A stretch of 64,000 nucleotides of DNA from Dimargaris cristalligena (Eukaryota). The stretch is from NCBI GenBank assembly GCA_003614675.1, contig ML002220.1:1-64000 (forward strand), in the 5' to 3' direction. This document shows positions 51,128 to 64,000 of the stretch, one piece after another. The notes below the pieces were generated by a model that was not told the DNA's origin, ran no database searches, and worked only from the letters and a program-made list of their open reading frames with translations. The position numbers and the translations under genes were made by a program. The first letter of the stretch is position 1, and each line of letters opens with the position of its first letter.

Positions 51128-51906
51128 TAGAGCCTGGAAAAACAATACCAGTACTACAATCACCCGGGCGTGGCTGATGGGATGTTTAGCACCATTCACC
51201 ACTTCGTTTAGGTCCGTACTTCGCCCATGTGCTTCTTATCGCCAATAATCCTTTATTTGCCGAGGACTTATTTCTTTTTATGTACTCTTAAAACCTGTTG
51301 GGCAGCCAGCCTATTGAATATAAATATACTTATGCCTTCGTGAGAGTATTGGTAGTAGAATTGTGATTATTTGAGCGGCACGTTGATGCGGATCAGATAT
51401 TGCAAGCAGACTGAGTTGCTGCTGGAAAAGGGGATTCACAAAATCAAATAGTGAGTTGTTTTTACCAGTAAATCTGGAGACAAGGGCGGAGTTATCTGGG
51501 CATACCGATATATTTAGTAGTAGAATCTGTCAGGAAGGTTAAGCTGACTTGTCCATCGTAAATTACGGTTGTATTCGATGCTGCGGCGGCACGACCCTAA
51601 TTCCTTCAGCCAACTCCCATGAAGCAGCAACGGGAATGAGAGGGGGCATGCACAGGAAAAAAAAATAGCCTCCCAGCGGAAGGGAAGCAGAGCACAAAGA
51701 CTGCTTCCAACCATACCCTTTATTCTCCCTTCAAAGCACCTCCAACTGAATATTCGCGTTTATTGACATTTCTAACCTAACCTTCTCTACCCATTTAGCC
51801 CCCCTCCTATTATAGCAGCCACTTAGCACTTCTAATTTTAGAGCACCCACTAAAAAACCTCCTTCACCTCGCTAACTTACGGACACGTACCGCGCATATA
51901 ACACCC

Positions 51907-54900
51907 ATGGGAATGGGAAGTGGTTCGACGGACTTTGTCACCGTGGTGGATGGCTTCGCCAACGAGATCTCGGGCAAAGGCCCACTGGCAGCGGCCTTGT
52001 CCAGTCGGAGTCCCAACACCTCATTTGACTTGACGGACCAAGCGGCCGGTCCCCCATGGTAAATACCCCTTATAGACCTCTCTAGGACGGATTTGTTGAC
52101 ATTACATCTAAAGCGACCATCGGGGATAATGAATTGTTTAATACCGGTTGTTATTTATTTATTTATATTTATATTTTTGCGGTGATATCTCACGCTTAAG
52201 TAAAACACACTTGGAATATTGGCCATCAATGTACTTTCTCTAGGGGTTGGCTGGCGACTACGCTACTAGATATTCTGGATGAATACCCGTCGGGTCTAAC
52301 CTTTGCAATCATTGTGGCCGAACTCAACTCCCGGGTAAGCAGTAATATACGATCAATGTGCCCCGTTTAGTTTTAATACTGACTACTGGTCATTTGGAAT
52401 GTCCCATTAACCGACTCTAATAAGCGATGTCATCTTAACGCCTTAAAATACCTTATATTCACATCGATTTGTCGTATAGTGGAGTGAATCGAAGGACAAC
52501 CTTGAAGCCGATGCTTCCAAAAGTAAGTAGTTTTAGACATGCCCAATTGGCTAACGGGCAAAGTAGCCCCAGCCTCTTGCGGGTTAGTGATCAGTGCAAT
52601 AAAAAAAGCCCCTTTGGTTATATTTTCCCACTCTAGGTATCCGCAAAAAGAATAGACCTATTTACGCATCTATGAAATATCCTGCATGTCCCACGTACAC
52701 CACCTTCGCCAGAATTCACCGCGATGGCGGCTCTAATCGACGGGCACAGTACCTCCCAGAGCCTATTTGAAATGTCCGTCGTTGACGCCCACCTCCTCCC
52801 GAACACCCAAGTGTGGTTTCTCCGGCTCCAAGAGACCGACAGCGCCCATTCCGTAATCCAAGCCTACCTCCACCAGAAATTCTACGTCTTGACCACCGCC
52901 GCGGGGTTCCATTTATTGACCCGCTGGTTGCCCCGACGTATCCGGTTTACGGGCGCCCGAGTGGTGCAGAATGCGGATCAGTTGTACCGGTTGCTACCCA
53001 CCCCTTGGGTCGTATTTGAATTGCATCCGGAGGTATTGAATTGTCGGGCCTTGAAAAATAGACGACCGGGCTTGGTTTCCCAGTCTTTGGCTACGCCGCC
53101 GCTAGCCACGAGGGTTATTCCTCTACTACCTCCGGGGATTGGCGCCACTACCACTACGGAGCATTTGGACCAGTCGCAAACACAGGCGCAGACGCAGTCG
53201 CAGACAGATGCGGATAGTCAGTTTGTCAAGAATTATTTTGCAAGCGATTTCCTGTCCGAAGTAACGCCCGAGGCAATCGCCCGGGGTCAGGAATTTCGAT
53301 TCTTAGTCAAAGTAAGCAGTGCAAGATTTAGCCGATCGCACTCCCCTCTTTCTCGCAATCAAATGTTAACTTTTTTAAATATATATATATATTACAATCG
53401 GGTTAAAACTGAGGCCGAAGGTATGCTTTACTTGGCTGTGTTACCAGTTTCCAAAAACTACCGCTAATTCGATATCTTCACAGACTTAATGAGTGCTCTG
53501 TTTTTCTTACTATATTATTGATATACCTTTAAGATCATTCACATTATTATGAACGATGCTACCCAACGAGATGGCCACCGGAAGAAAGCCCAGCTTATTG
53601 TGACAGACTATCTCGACCACGATAGCACGGCTGACCCCTGGGACCAAGCTAATGCGGTCGCCGCGTTGACTCTCTGGGACGATCAGATTCCCCTAGCCTT
53701 GGCAGTCAAACGAGGGGACTGCTTGGGTATTTACCTACCCACAATCATCAATCAACGTCTGACGTCGGCCCTCGCTCCCTCCGCCTCTTTTCCCGCGAGT
53801 GGTTCAACGAACCAGACCGATAATAATAATAATAGTAGTAGTAGTAGTGCCGGCCACCCCGATGATATCCTCCAACTCGAATACGGACCCCAGACCATTT
53901 TGTTCCATATCCCCCCGAACCACCCGTCTGCGGTACCTAGCCAGCGGTCCCTGAAAACTTTAGCAACGGGGGCTTTTGGCGGGGGAACCACACCACGGGC
54001 ATTGCAGGACGATTTGGGTGGAATGGTCGATTGCAAATATTTTCCTACCCGGATTAAAATCGGGGATCTGGTGCCCCTGATGAACGGGGTGACGCTCGTG
54101 GCCCAGGTGGTGGCCGTTTCCCAAAATGTAAGTCGTCGGTGAAATGAACATAATAATAATAATAATAATAGTGTGGAGAGGGGGACTGCGGAATGTAATT
54201 TAATAGGAAATTTTGGCTTTGGCCTGTTATCGCCTGGTAAATGACATGCTCCGTAGTTTCGTGATTTCTGACCCCTGCCTAACGCTTGGCGGTCTGTGAT
54301 TATTAGTTGCCATATTCGGCATATTAATGGAATGTGTGGGTTCGTTGGGGTTCTGCTTTAATACTTTTGATCTAGATCCCGATTGAACAAAATGGGAAAT
54401 GTACTGATCGATTCGCCTTGCGAGTGCAGGATGAAACAGGCAAGTGCAGGTGTGTTTACTAACCAATCGGTCCTGGAATTGGGTGTGCTAGCCGAGACTA
54501 TAAATCTGGTCATATTTTACTGTCTATACGGGATTGTCCTTATTAATTGATATACAATGCCAACGGGGTGTTTACCACCGCCACTCGTTTCTCTAGGAAC
54601 CCTGGATGTAACCTGCTGGGACGCGGTGGGATTTGAGGCAGTCCGTTGTCGGCCCGGCCAGTGGGTACTACTCAACAATCTTATTACTTCAGCAGTCCAG
54701 GCTGATGGGCAGTCCTTTTTTTCCAACCTTAGCTCGCTACCGGGTTCGCGGATTCGGACAAGTAAGTATCATTTTTGGAGGAAGGGGTTATTAACTTAGT
54801 CACTGTTACCAAGTATTCACTCTCTCTCTCTTCCCCACTCCAACCTAGCCAACTACAATCAGAATACGCCACCATTACCATTTATCAGAATGACCATCAA

Positions 54901-56587
54901 GGATACAGCGTCATATACTGGACCCGGGCATAGCCCAATATGGCAATTTTCCGACAACCTAGAGCTCTTATAGAAATAGGGGTCAACTCCATTCCTTTTT
55001 CCTCCTCCCTATTCCATACACTGACTATACTTATCATATAATTTTCGGGTCGCATCCCCACAACCACCTATATCACTTCTTCCCCCCCCCCAAAAAAAAG
55101 TCCACTCGCGCCGGGGATGGCTATCGTGTAGCCACCTTCGTCACCTTTCGCCGTTGGTCCACAGCGAGGAATTCCAAGTCAGCCACTGTCGAGTGGTGAT
55201 CACGGGCTGGCGTCCCTGTGACCAGGTCCAAACGTCCGACTACGTTCATCCGTCCAATGATCACTTGGGTTTGGTCGTTTTAGTGCGTAAGTGACCATAG
55301 TAGATACAACTACTAAAAATTACGTATATTCTATCGAAGGGTGCTCCACTGGACAGGTGCTTTTTGCCCAAGACCCGGGGCGCCTATTTGGAATGAGACG
55401 ATACATTTTGCGTCGACTGGGCGGATAATATGTTTAGTGATGTATTGCAGCCTATTTCAGGCACCGAGTGGCGTTTCTTTTTTTATATTATTTTTTACTA
55501 ACAATTACCCAATGAGCCTAGGGGGGGGATACATCCTCATGACATGCTTTGTTTCATGGCTGGGTATGGGCGGGTGGGATATATGTGTATATGTATATCA
55601 TTTTAGACAACAAATGCCAGCGCTCGGTAATGGAAAGCGATGCGGGACGGTACTACTGCACGTTCTGTCAGGCCTACGTGGCGGATGACCTGGCCTCAAT
55701 TGGTATGCAGATTCGGGTCATTTGGCAAATTGACGACGGAACGGGCATGTTGGAGCTGGAGACGGAACCAAGCGCGAGCAAAGTAAGTACAGCCCATATT
55801 GTTTTTGTTTTTTCATCGATGTAATACTAGCGAAGTTGAGTATATGGTTGTGGGGGCTGTGCTAGCCAGGGGCAGTTTCATACACTACTACTCTCAAGTC
55901 AAGAATCCTATTGTAATCAAGGTGGACCCGGTGTTAGCTGAATCTAGCATTACCGGCACTATGGCATTTTTACTAAGCGTAATTAGCCAAACTTGACTAT
56001 GGTCTGCACCTTTCTCTGGCTCTGCTCGGGAATATTGGTAGGATATTATTGGCGTGTCGGCTGCTGAGCTTTCCAGCTATCGAATCTACAAACAAAACCA
56101 CGTTCTCAATTCTACCATCGGCAAAAGTTTCTATATATCGGTTATACGGACGGTAAGTGGTTTGATGATAGTAGCGGATATTTTAATGAGCTATCGGCAG
56201 GTGGGACCAGGGGCCGCGGGGCTTTACCATTTGGTCTATTTTAATCCCCCATGGCATTTTAGCGAGATGTCCATGGAGTGTTGAAACTTGGCTCGTGTCA
56301 CTAACATGAATGTGCATGGAATCTGTTGCATATCTAATAATAATTACTTTTTGGCTGAAAACATGGTATGGGATCATGATAAATATACGTATCTAAAAAA
56401 AACCCCGTACATCATGGCTTTGCAGCCCCCGGGCCAGAAGAAAACGCCCCAGACGCCACCCTATCTCATTACCGCGGCTTGTCCACCCGACGGTATAATG
56501 GCGGACACTCGGACCCTTTGTTCGTATTTGGTTAAAAAATCGAATCCACGACCCACTCTCCAGGATATTAGATTTCCCACTGTATAA
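51907..56587 (+). CDS. Multi-OB-fold ssDNA-binding-type protein of the CDC24-OB family with an RPA-like zinc ribbon, ~780 aa; exons 51907-52058, 52244-52334, 52480-52522, 52713-53311, 53534-54127, 54376-54439, 54597-54761, 55101-55286, 55607-55782, 56042-56152, 56426-56587
   Basis: GPPWGWLATTLL..YPSGLTFAIIVAEL, AYLHQKFY, RLLPTPWVVF, LWDDQIPLA..KRGDCLGIYLP, LEYGPQTILF, RFALRVQDETGTLDVTCWD, HNKC..YYCTFC, WQIDDGTG; exon lengths sum to 2343 nt in one open frame. Confidence 0.8.
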
Positions 56588-57633
56588 GCCATCTTGTCCC
56601 CCCCCCCTTCTCCTTCTCCTCCCCCTACATATTATTCTCTATTTTATTGGGCTTTTTTAATATATTCGAATGCATCCCCGCGCCCATATTCCACTACAGT
56701 TGACCCGGGAAGCGGCCAATGTGCAAATAATACAGGAGGCTTACCAAAGGATACTGTATCGTATATTACCTCCCCCCCCCTCCTCGCCTTGTTGATTATC
56801 AGCCATCTATGGTGTATTTGACGGAATTAGTCCTATACATAACCATGATTTACATAGTTCTCCAAATCAGCATTGAGCAAACCTATTTTTAAGTCTTGGG
56901 AAATCCCAGATAAATGAGGCTAAAATGGGTCGGTATGAAAAGGGGAATGTCGGTTCAAGGAGCCCAGTAGCTTCTTGGGAGAGCAGCGATACCAGCCTAC
57001 CGGTGGCTGTTTAACAGTGGTGCTTCACGACTATTCCACTGCCAATTGGAATTTCTAGGGGAAATGCATCTATTTTTTTGGGTCGGCGATAAGACCGTTT
57101 AGAGGAAGAATTGGGTATTTCCATCCCAATGACTCCATATCAAGTGACTTGGGTGAATGGCAGACATATCTTTACATTTGGGGCAATAAAATAGTATACT
57201 GTCACCGCTTGTCTTAGTCTTAAGTGACTAGCTGAGTTCAGTGTTTATCCAAAACCGGGCGAAATTGGGCGCAACGGGCAGCATCAGTTTGAAACTATTG
57301 ATACTAGATGTTTTTGGTAACATACAGGTTTTATTGAGGGTAATAAAGGCGCAATGCAAGGGGGGAGATGGGGCTTGTTGTTAATAAAGAAATGTGAGGG
57401 CTTGGCGGAGGTAAGGGAGTATTCTTCCAAAATGGAATGGCTTAGATTTCTCAATGACCAGAGATGTAGGTTGGGGATATGTACTAAAATAATCGATATT
57501 GAAGCTGTCGATTCGAAAAGGTCGACTAAATAATGTATTTCAGAATTAGACGGGGTTGGGATTGGGATTGGTAGTTATATATATATATATATATATATAA
57601 AGATGTGAAAGACATTGCAGAGAGGGGAGGGTA

Positions 57634-58005
57634 TTAAGACTTGGACGGTGACTGCCGTTGAGATCCAGGCATGTCAGGGTTAGGGGGAGCATCGAGAGGC
57701 CGCCGGGCCAGTGGATCACAGGGGTTCGCCTGGCCCCGAACGGCCTTTTCCAAATCCATGACGAAGTAGGCCTGCTTGTGGGCCAACGCCTCCAGTCGGT
57801 CGGCATGCCGCTTGGCGTCCCGTTTGGCGGTGAACACTTTGGGGATCCAGAATTGGTTTCCGTGGAAATCCGAGCGGTAGATACCGAAAAAGGAGCGGCG
57901 AATCGGCCGGGATGGACTGACAAAGAAGCGAAAGGAAGTGGTCCGCGCCGCTTTTTGGAATAGTGTGGTGATGGTGATGGTGGCGGGGTTGGTAAAGAGA
58001 GACAT
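57634..58005 (-). CDS. 123-aa intronless protein: mitochondrial-presequence-like N-terminus plus a small domain resembling actinobacterial 'SPOR domain-containing' proteins
   Basis: First ~44 aa are R/S/T/F-rich with no acidic residues; core IYRSDFHGNQF..FTAKRDAKRHADRLEALAHKQAYFV recalls the bacterial RxDDNGN..A..L..RGHKQxYWV pattern. Confidence 0.65.
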   Translation of the reverse strand: MSLFTNPATITITTLFQKAARTTSFRFFVSPSRPIRRSFFGIYRSDFHGNQFWIPKVFTAKRDAKRHADRLEALAHKQAYFVMDLEKAVRGQANPCDPLARRPLDAPPNPDMPGSQRQSPSKS

Positions 58006-59061
58006 GGCGTGTGGTGGGGTTTAAATAGGGGAGGTGGCTGGATAATGGAAGCTGGAATCAATACTAATATAATCAACCATAATGTTTAGAAGGAAGGAGG
58101 GGGTACGTATCGGTACGCGAGCTGGTTATGAAGCGATCGTTGGAACCGGCTCTAAACCGGACTATTTATACCGGTTTTACTAGGTAGGTGGCCCCGGCGC
58201 GCAGTAGAGGTCAACCAGCATAAGTTTACTGGATAGGAAACCACGGACCCATTTGCAAATACGACTAAAAAGATGAGTAAAATAGTATAGTGCAGATGGA
58301 CTGTAATACCAAATAAAGGTAAGGAGAGGTCGTCCACCGCCAACAATGCTACCCCAAGAGCGAGCCAATGTCAATGTCAATGTGCTGGGGCTGGATAGAT
58401 TAAGAAGCACTGTGGGCGGCAGGTGGGATTTCCATACTGGACTGGGTCAGGGGCAGAAGGAGCTGTTACGATTGGCTTCCATGCGAAACGGGCGGGAGAT
58501 TTAATTGGGACTCCGACCCGTTGGTCCCACGTTGAGCCTATCCCTTGGGTTTAACTAGGCAGGTGAAAAAAATTGCAAGCGACTTCATTCGCCCTAAAAA
58601 TATCCACCAGACATACCCCTACACCGTCGTTGCCAAATAACCAGTCCCCCTTGTTTTCCTTGCCTTCTTTTCCTTTCGCCTGGCTGTCTGAAAGGCAGTT
58701 GTATTTTTACACTTTCTTCCGGAACCGCCCCGTCTTGTTCGTCAACGGCCTCTTTATTGCTCCTTTAACCGCCCGCGCCTCCATTCCCCACCGCTTTATA
58801 CCTCCCGTTACCCCTGAGCCCTCCGGATCCAGCTGCACCGCCTACCCACCACCCATACACACATATACTCACTCTATACCTCTACGAGGCTTCCCGCCAA
58901 CCTGGCCGTCGCTCTCCTTTCCTTTACACTCTGTTACCCACCCATTACCATTCCCTCACGACCTTTCATGCTTTAGTAGTCTATTTTCATCCACCTAGAA
59001 ATCCATTCGCTATATTATAATTCCACTCTCTCACGCTATCCCAGCCACCCTGAGGAACACC

Positions 59062-60629
59062 ATGCTACCCATCGACGACTATGAGGTTTCGCGTCAGAAA
59101 CAAATCAAGGCCAACCAGGAGATGCTGGCGGCCCTGGGCCTGGGCGGACCCACTCTAACCTTCAAAACCCCCGCCTCTAAAACGGGAACCCGTGCACTGA
59201 AACGCAGCTTCTCCGACATGGTACCACGTCGCAGTGAGCGCCGTATCAGCTCTGGCCAAGATACTAATTACAACCCAGTAGCTTCCGACGACGAAGATCA
59301 TTATATGGAACCCAGCAACCCAAGGAAAATACGGCGCATGGGTTCGATTAACTCAGTAAGTACTTCTAATCACTGGCTTCATACGCATCCCGCATATGCG
59401 CTCTCCAGTAGATTGGCTGACGGGTCTAGAGATGGCAGTTTTTGGATCATACCCCTGTTTCTATCGAAAAACCAGTCACAAATCCAATCACGCTAACAGG
59501 ATGCTCTATTCATCTACCATTCCTCAACAAGGCACTCCAAAAGAACCGCAATAAGTCTGTGTTTGTGCGGAATGGTCGGGTTTACGACGGTATAAACGGG
59601 GAAAGCTGCCACCAGTGTCGACAGAAAACTACCGATAAAAAGGTGAGTTACAATACATAGATCAGCCGTTTTGGAATATTGGCCCGGCTATCGGCAGCAT
59701 TGCCAATGCTAATAGAGTGTTGAACCAAAGCTACCTTATCCCCACGGTAGCCAGTGAACTTGGCATTGTTTAGCCTAAATCGACCTTGGTACTAATGATC
59801 CCTTCTTGAACACTCGTGCCGTGTTGCTGTATCTCTCTCCCCCTGTGTTATCTAATCGGCATGGTCACACAGTATTATTGTACTAATACTATTGGCGGTT
59901 ATCCCTGTCGCTATATGTGGGACCAGCACTGCTACCATAATCGGTAGGTTATTGATCTAGTTGTATATAGTAGTATAGATTCGGCCCCATGGTTCTGATA
60001 GCCTAGGGACTCGACTACGCATACTACTGGGATCCATTTTGGTACCCCTGTAAATATATACGATGATTTATCCCACAGGCACCTGCTCCATCCTACATTA
60101 GCAGATATCCCATTTTTAACACCATTCCTATGTCTTCGTTCCTACCCCCTCGCACAATCCACGGTCCCTTCTGATCCGGCTCCTTATTTCGCCACTTAGA
60201 TATGGAGATGGCCCCTCTGATCCGAGTACTTGGGTCTGTCCTAAATGCCGGCTAGTCTGTAATTGCTCTTTTTGCCGCAAACTCCCGAACAACATCCCCA
60301 CTATACCACCGCGGGGGTCGCCTTTCCGGAAGAGCTTCCGCCGATTTTCCTCAATCCCCGACGTGCCCAACATGCCCCTGCCCATTTGCCGGACGTACTC
60401 CCTGCGGGTGAAACGTTCGGTCCCCTCGTATTCGGATGGGGATGACCCGGATGACAGCTTATCCGAATCCAGCGGCAGCATGATCAGTACGAGTACTAAC
60501 ACCAGCAGCCGGTATACCCCCCGGGCTAAATTGGAGTACTGGGCTGCCCAGATTTCCAAAGAGCTGCCCAAGCACGAGGTGTACGTGTTGGTGGCGGCAC
60601 CGGCCCAGAATCTTTGCATGGAGGTATAA
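59062..60629 (+). CDS. CDCA7: CDCA7-like protein with zf-4CXXC_R1 domain, 301 aa; exons 59062-59355, 59532-59642, 59873-59943, 60200-60629
   Basis: N-terminal helix YEVSRQKQIKANQEMLAALGL; spliced domain RVYDGINGESCHQCRQKTTDKKYYCTNTIGGYPCRYMWDQHCYHNRYGDGPSDPSTWVCPKCRLVCNCSFCRK. Confidence 0.85.
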
Positions 60630-62393
60630 TAATGGCGCGGGATTTTAGTGTATTCCCCGAACATTTCCTATATGTTGGTTATCCATCCTTAAGTATTCCA
60701 GATGGTAGTGTAGAAGACCCTTTGGGTCAACAAACTCCCCTTCCCCAGCGAAATTTTATATAGATTTATTATTTTATGCGGCTTTTTGCTGGCTACTAGC
60801 TGGTCAATCCGGCCGAGCCGAAGTTATCCCCCGCCGCTGCTCTTCAACAACCTGTGGGTGGTATAATAGGTCCGGGGCGATGCTTCCAATATAATCGCTA
60901 ATCCCCGCCTTTGTAGAATTTTGATTTCACGTGGTTTAAGTTATGAATATTATAGAATAAAGTTGCTCACTCATTTACGCAGAAATGCACCATAGAAGAA
61001 GAGTTGGTTTGCATTGACGATTCCATTCCACGACAATTCGGTGGTTTCAGACTAATTCTCTGAATTTGCCATTATAATAATTCTCCGATGATGGGGCCTG
61101 GAACCGGCCAGTCGAAGCGTTGTGAATAGAGGGGTGGGTGGGATAATAGGATTGATGATTGGCCCCCCCATCGGTGAATCTCTCCCCGTCACAAGGAAGA
61201 AGGGGATGATCCTCCACCCCGGAATGCTGGCGCTAGTTTCCCAAGCGGGCAAGGGGCACTGGTTTGATTGTCCAGTCTCTTTTAAAAGAATAAACGTTGG
61301 TGAGAGAGAAGGTCTTACCCTGATGGAACTAACTGCCCACAGGGGCACAAAACGCATGTCCCTTCCCTTCCTTCGCTCGTATTCCCTACCTGCCAACATT
61401 TGGGCTGAGCCGACGAGCAGTATCTCGGTATCGAGATGATGGAAAATGGGCTGAGCCGTGTTCGATGACTATTGATATCCCCTCCCTCCCCCATTTCTTC
61501 TCCCCTGTACCTACAGAAAGATATCACAAGGCACCTTTACATACTGATTACTACGCAGCCATGTACAGGTTACATAGATTCGCGAATACATATATATATC
61601 ATTGTCCTTTAGTCCGGGTCGGGATGTGGGTCTTCGCTTGGGAAAAGAGGAGGGGTGGTCTTGTCCCCTCCATATACCCTTCTCATACAGTGTTCTAGGA
61701 GGGGAAAAGGTCACCAGACAACGCTAACACTAAGAGGCATGGTATATACCGCCGTCGTATTATTTGTCAAGGATGTGTGGAGTTAAAAGACCCGAGAACC
61801 AATGGCAAATAGCCGTTATCAACAGTATACTCTCATAATGAAAGAGAGAGAAGAAAGGCCAGCCATTTTATACTATCTCTCTCTCTCTTCCTTGGTTCTT
61901 TCTCCAATCCCCTGACCTTTACTTCTTCACCTTTCTAATATTTTTACTAAATTACTTTCTTGGAAGCCCGCAACCCATTGGACCCCTTCAGTCCTTCACT
62001 ATTCGCAAGTAACATACACTACCACTACTATTACTACCACTACCACTACCACTACTACTATACTACCTTGGTTGTTCATTCAGCGTTGGTTATATCTTCT
62101 TCCCCCTTCACGGTTCCCCGTCGCTGAGTAAGTGTGCTCCCTTCGCCGAAACGCTCGGTTTTAGACCCCGGTGGTCCTCGTACCCTTGATATACCTCCAC
62201 TCTTCTGACTCCCGTGTCACTGAATTCCCCGCCTCTGCTCATCGAACGCTCCCCCCGGTTTCAAAAAATTGCCAACTATCCATCTAACCCTCTCTATAAC
62301 TCTCCATTCCGGTAACCCCAGCCCCACCCCACCAGACCTATCGAACTCCTTCCCAGTCTCTCTTTCTCCTCCGCCCACCCCCGCTCTGCGACC

Positions 62394-62677
62394 ATGAACA
62401 AATTCAATCCAGATGGCCAGTTGGTCATTGAACAACCGTTTCTCCGGGTAAGTCGGTTGGTTTGTATTTTAAATTCTATTTAGGGAGACGGGTCTAAGTC
62501 GAAGCCCGGCTGTGGCAGGCCCGGAGGGCCGGTCAACTCCGGGTGCATGCTCGGAGCCGTATTGTTTTTTTTTTGTTTTAGTCTCGGAGGAGGATACTTC
62601 CCTTCATGGAGCTCATTAAACCATTTTGATTTGAGGAATTTCCACTCGCCTTTTTAATCGAACCCTTCCCCACCGGC

Positions 62678-62712
<35 letters not shown>

Positions 62713-64000
62713 CTAACAGATTCCGCATGAACAGACCAAAAAAGCCTATCGGCTTTCCCAGAAGTATCTGGAAAAGGACCTGGCGTTTGTCAACAACCAC
62801 GCGGGCGAATTAGTCAAACAGGCCAAAAAACAGCAACTGGCGAGCCGCGCACAGGACGGTTCTGCCGCCTCCTCCTCCGCTACCGCCCATAAACTCCTGG
62901 ATAGTATGCTTAACCGGCTGACCATGCTCAAACGCAAACTATCCGATACCAAAGCGGACGAAACCATGTACCTCCACCGCAGTAAATTGCGGTCTGTGCA
63001 CTTGAATGAATTGTGCACCATGACGTCAACACAGGACCCCGGATACGAGGCGTGGAGCCATACCCGGTTGAATCGGCTGCTGGTGGACTATATGTTCCGG
63101 AAGGGCTACCATCAATCTGCTACTAAACTGGCCCACGATCAGACTATTCGGGTAGGCCCTTGTTTGCTTTTTTATTATCTTTTGAAGTCACCAAATATAC
63201 CATAGTTCTAGGAAGATTATGTCCATCGGATTCAAGTTTCCATTCCCAACTCAGTCCCAATTATCTTCCGATTATTATTGTTGTTATTTACCGGAAATCA
63301 CCATTTATCCAGGACTTTGCCGATTTCGAGCTCTTCCGCGAGTCCGCTACCATCGAACAGTCGCTCCGTGATCAGAATTGTGCCAAATGTCTGCAATGGT
63401 GTAGCGATAACAAATCCGCTCTGCGGAAGGTTAAGGTACGTGTGACTATAGATTCTATATGCCATTACTTCCGTGCCTAGTATGAACTAACCCGCAATAC
63501 AGCGTGTCGAGTGAGCGAAAGATGTATACATTTATATATCCAACTAACCTGTACGTTTACCTGTCGAATATCCCGACAATTTCTCCCGATTTATAGAGCT
63601 CACTCGAATTCGATCTCCACCTTCAGGAGTTCATCGAGCTGGCCCGGTCCCAACAAACTCGGATAGCCATTCAATACGCCAAGAAACATCTACTCCCTTG
63701 GTCCGAAACTCACCAGCGCCAGATTGAACAGGCCATGGGTCTACTGGCCTTTAGTGCTCTGACCACTTGTGAACCCTACAAGGTATGTACCTTAAACGGT
63801 CTGTTTATGCCTGGTTGTGGTTAGTCCATCAAGTATAAGATAATCCCCCGCCAGATTGTCCGTTTTATCCGTTCGACATCGCGATTTATTAACAACCTGT
63901 ACATCTATTTTTTAATGCCCTCCACCATGACATCCGTTAGCAACTGTACGACACCTCTCGGTGGCAGCATCTCATTGACCATTTCCGGACCGACAATTTC
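62394..64000 (+). CDS. FYV10: GID/CTLH E3 ligase subunit Fyv10/Gid9/MAEA, 5' part (runs off the window); exons 62394-62447, 62720-63151, 63313-63435, 63597-63782, 63941->
   Basis: LVIEQPFLRIPHE..RLSQKYLEKDL, LisH WSHTRLNRLLVDYMFRKGY, CTLH CLQWCSDNKSALRK, LEFDLHLQEFIEL, AIQYAKKHL, AMGLLAF, LYDTSRWQHL. Confidence 0.92.

Noticed and set aside
52211..59684. Shared 14-mer TTGGAATATTGGCC in introns of two genes (~52211, ~59671)
   Set aside because: Only two exact copies with no extended similarity; chance cannot be excluded
1..64000. tRNA, rRNA, snRNA, SRP RNA or CRISPR loci
   Set aside because: No cloverleaf or conserved RNA signatures seen by eye; an Infernal/tRNAscan run is needed to exclude them formally

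Overview
Eukaryotic, intron-containing fungal DNA. It is most likely an early-diverging fungus (Zoopagomycota/Dimargaris-like, inferred from INTS6, an EHD ATPase, a CDC24-OB protein and a CDCA7 finger with Cys5->Asp). Twelve protein-coding genes were reconstructed by hand: a signal-peptide + acidic + 5x zinc-finger protein, a frame-disrupted hypothetical gene, SRP9/SRP21 (missed by the ORF track), an EHD ATPase lacking its EH domain, INTS6, an Ecl1-family protein, SIW14, SF3B4/HSH49, an 11-exon CDC24-OB protein with a GC-AG intron, a small bacterial-like protein with a mitochondrial-type presequence, CDCA7-like, and the 5' part of FYV10/MAEA. Non-coding structure includes a 136-bp MITE family (4 copies, GGG..CCC ends, AWWT TSD), a 1.44-kb tandem duplication with an inverted templated junction, a ~21.5-kb gene desert upstream of the Ecl1-like gene, and an unannotated spliced transcript. 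The best candidate for a new system is the apparently secreted zinc-finger transcription-factor-like protein at 429-1808. Family assignments come from motif recognition, not database searches.
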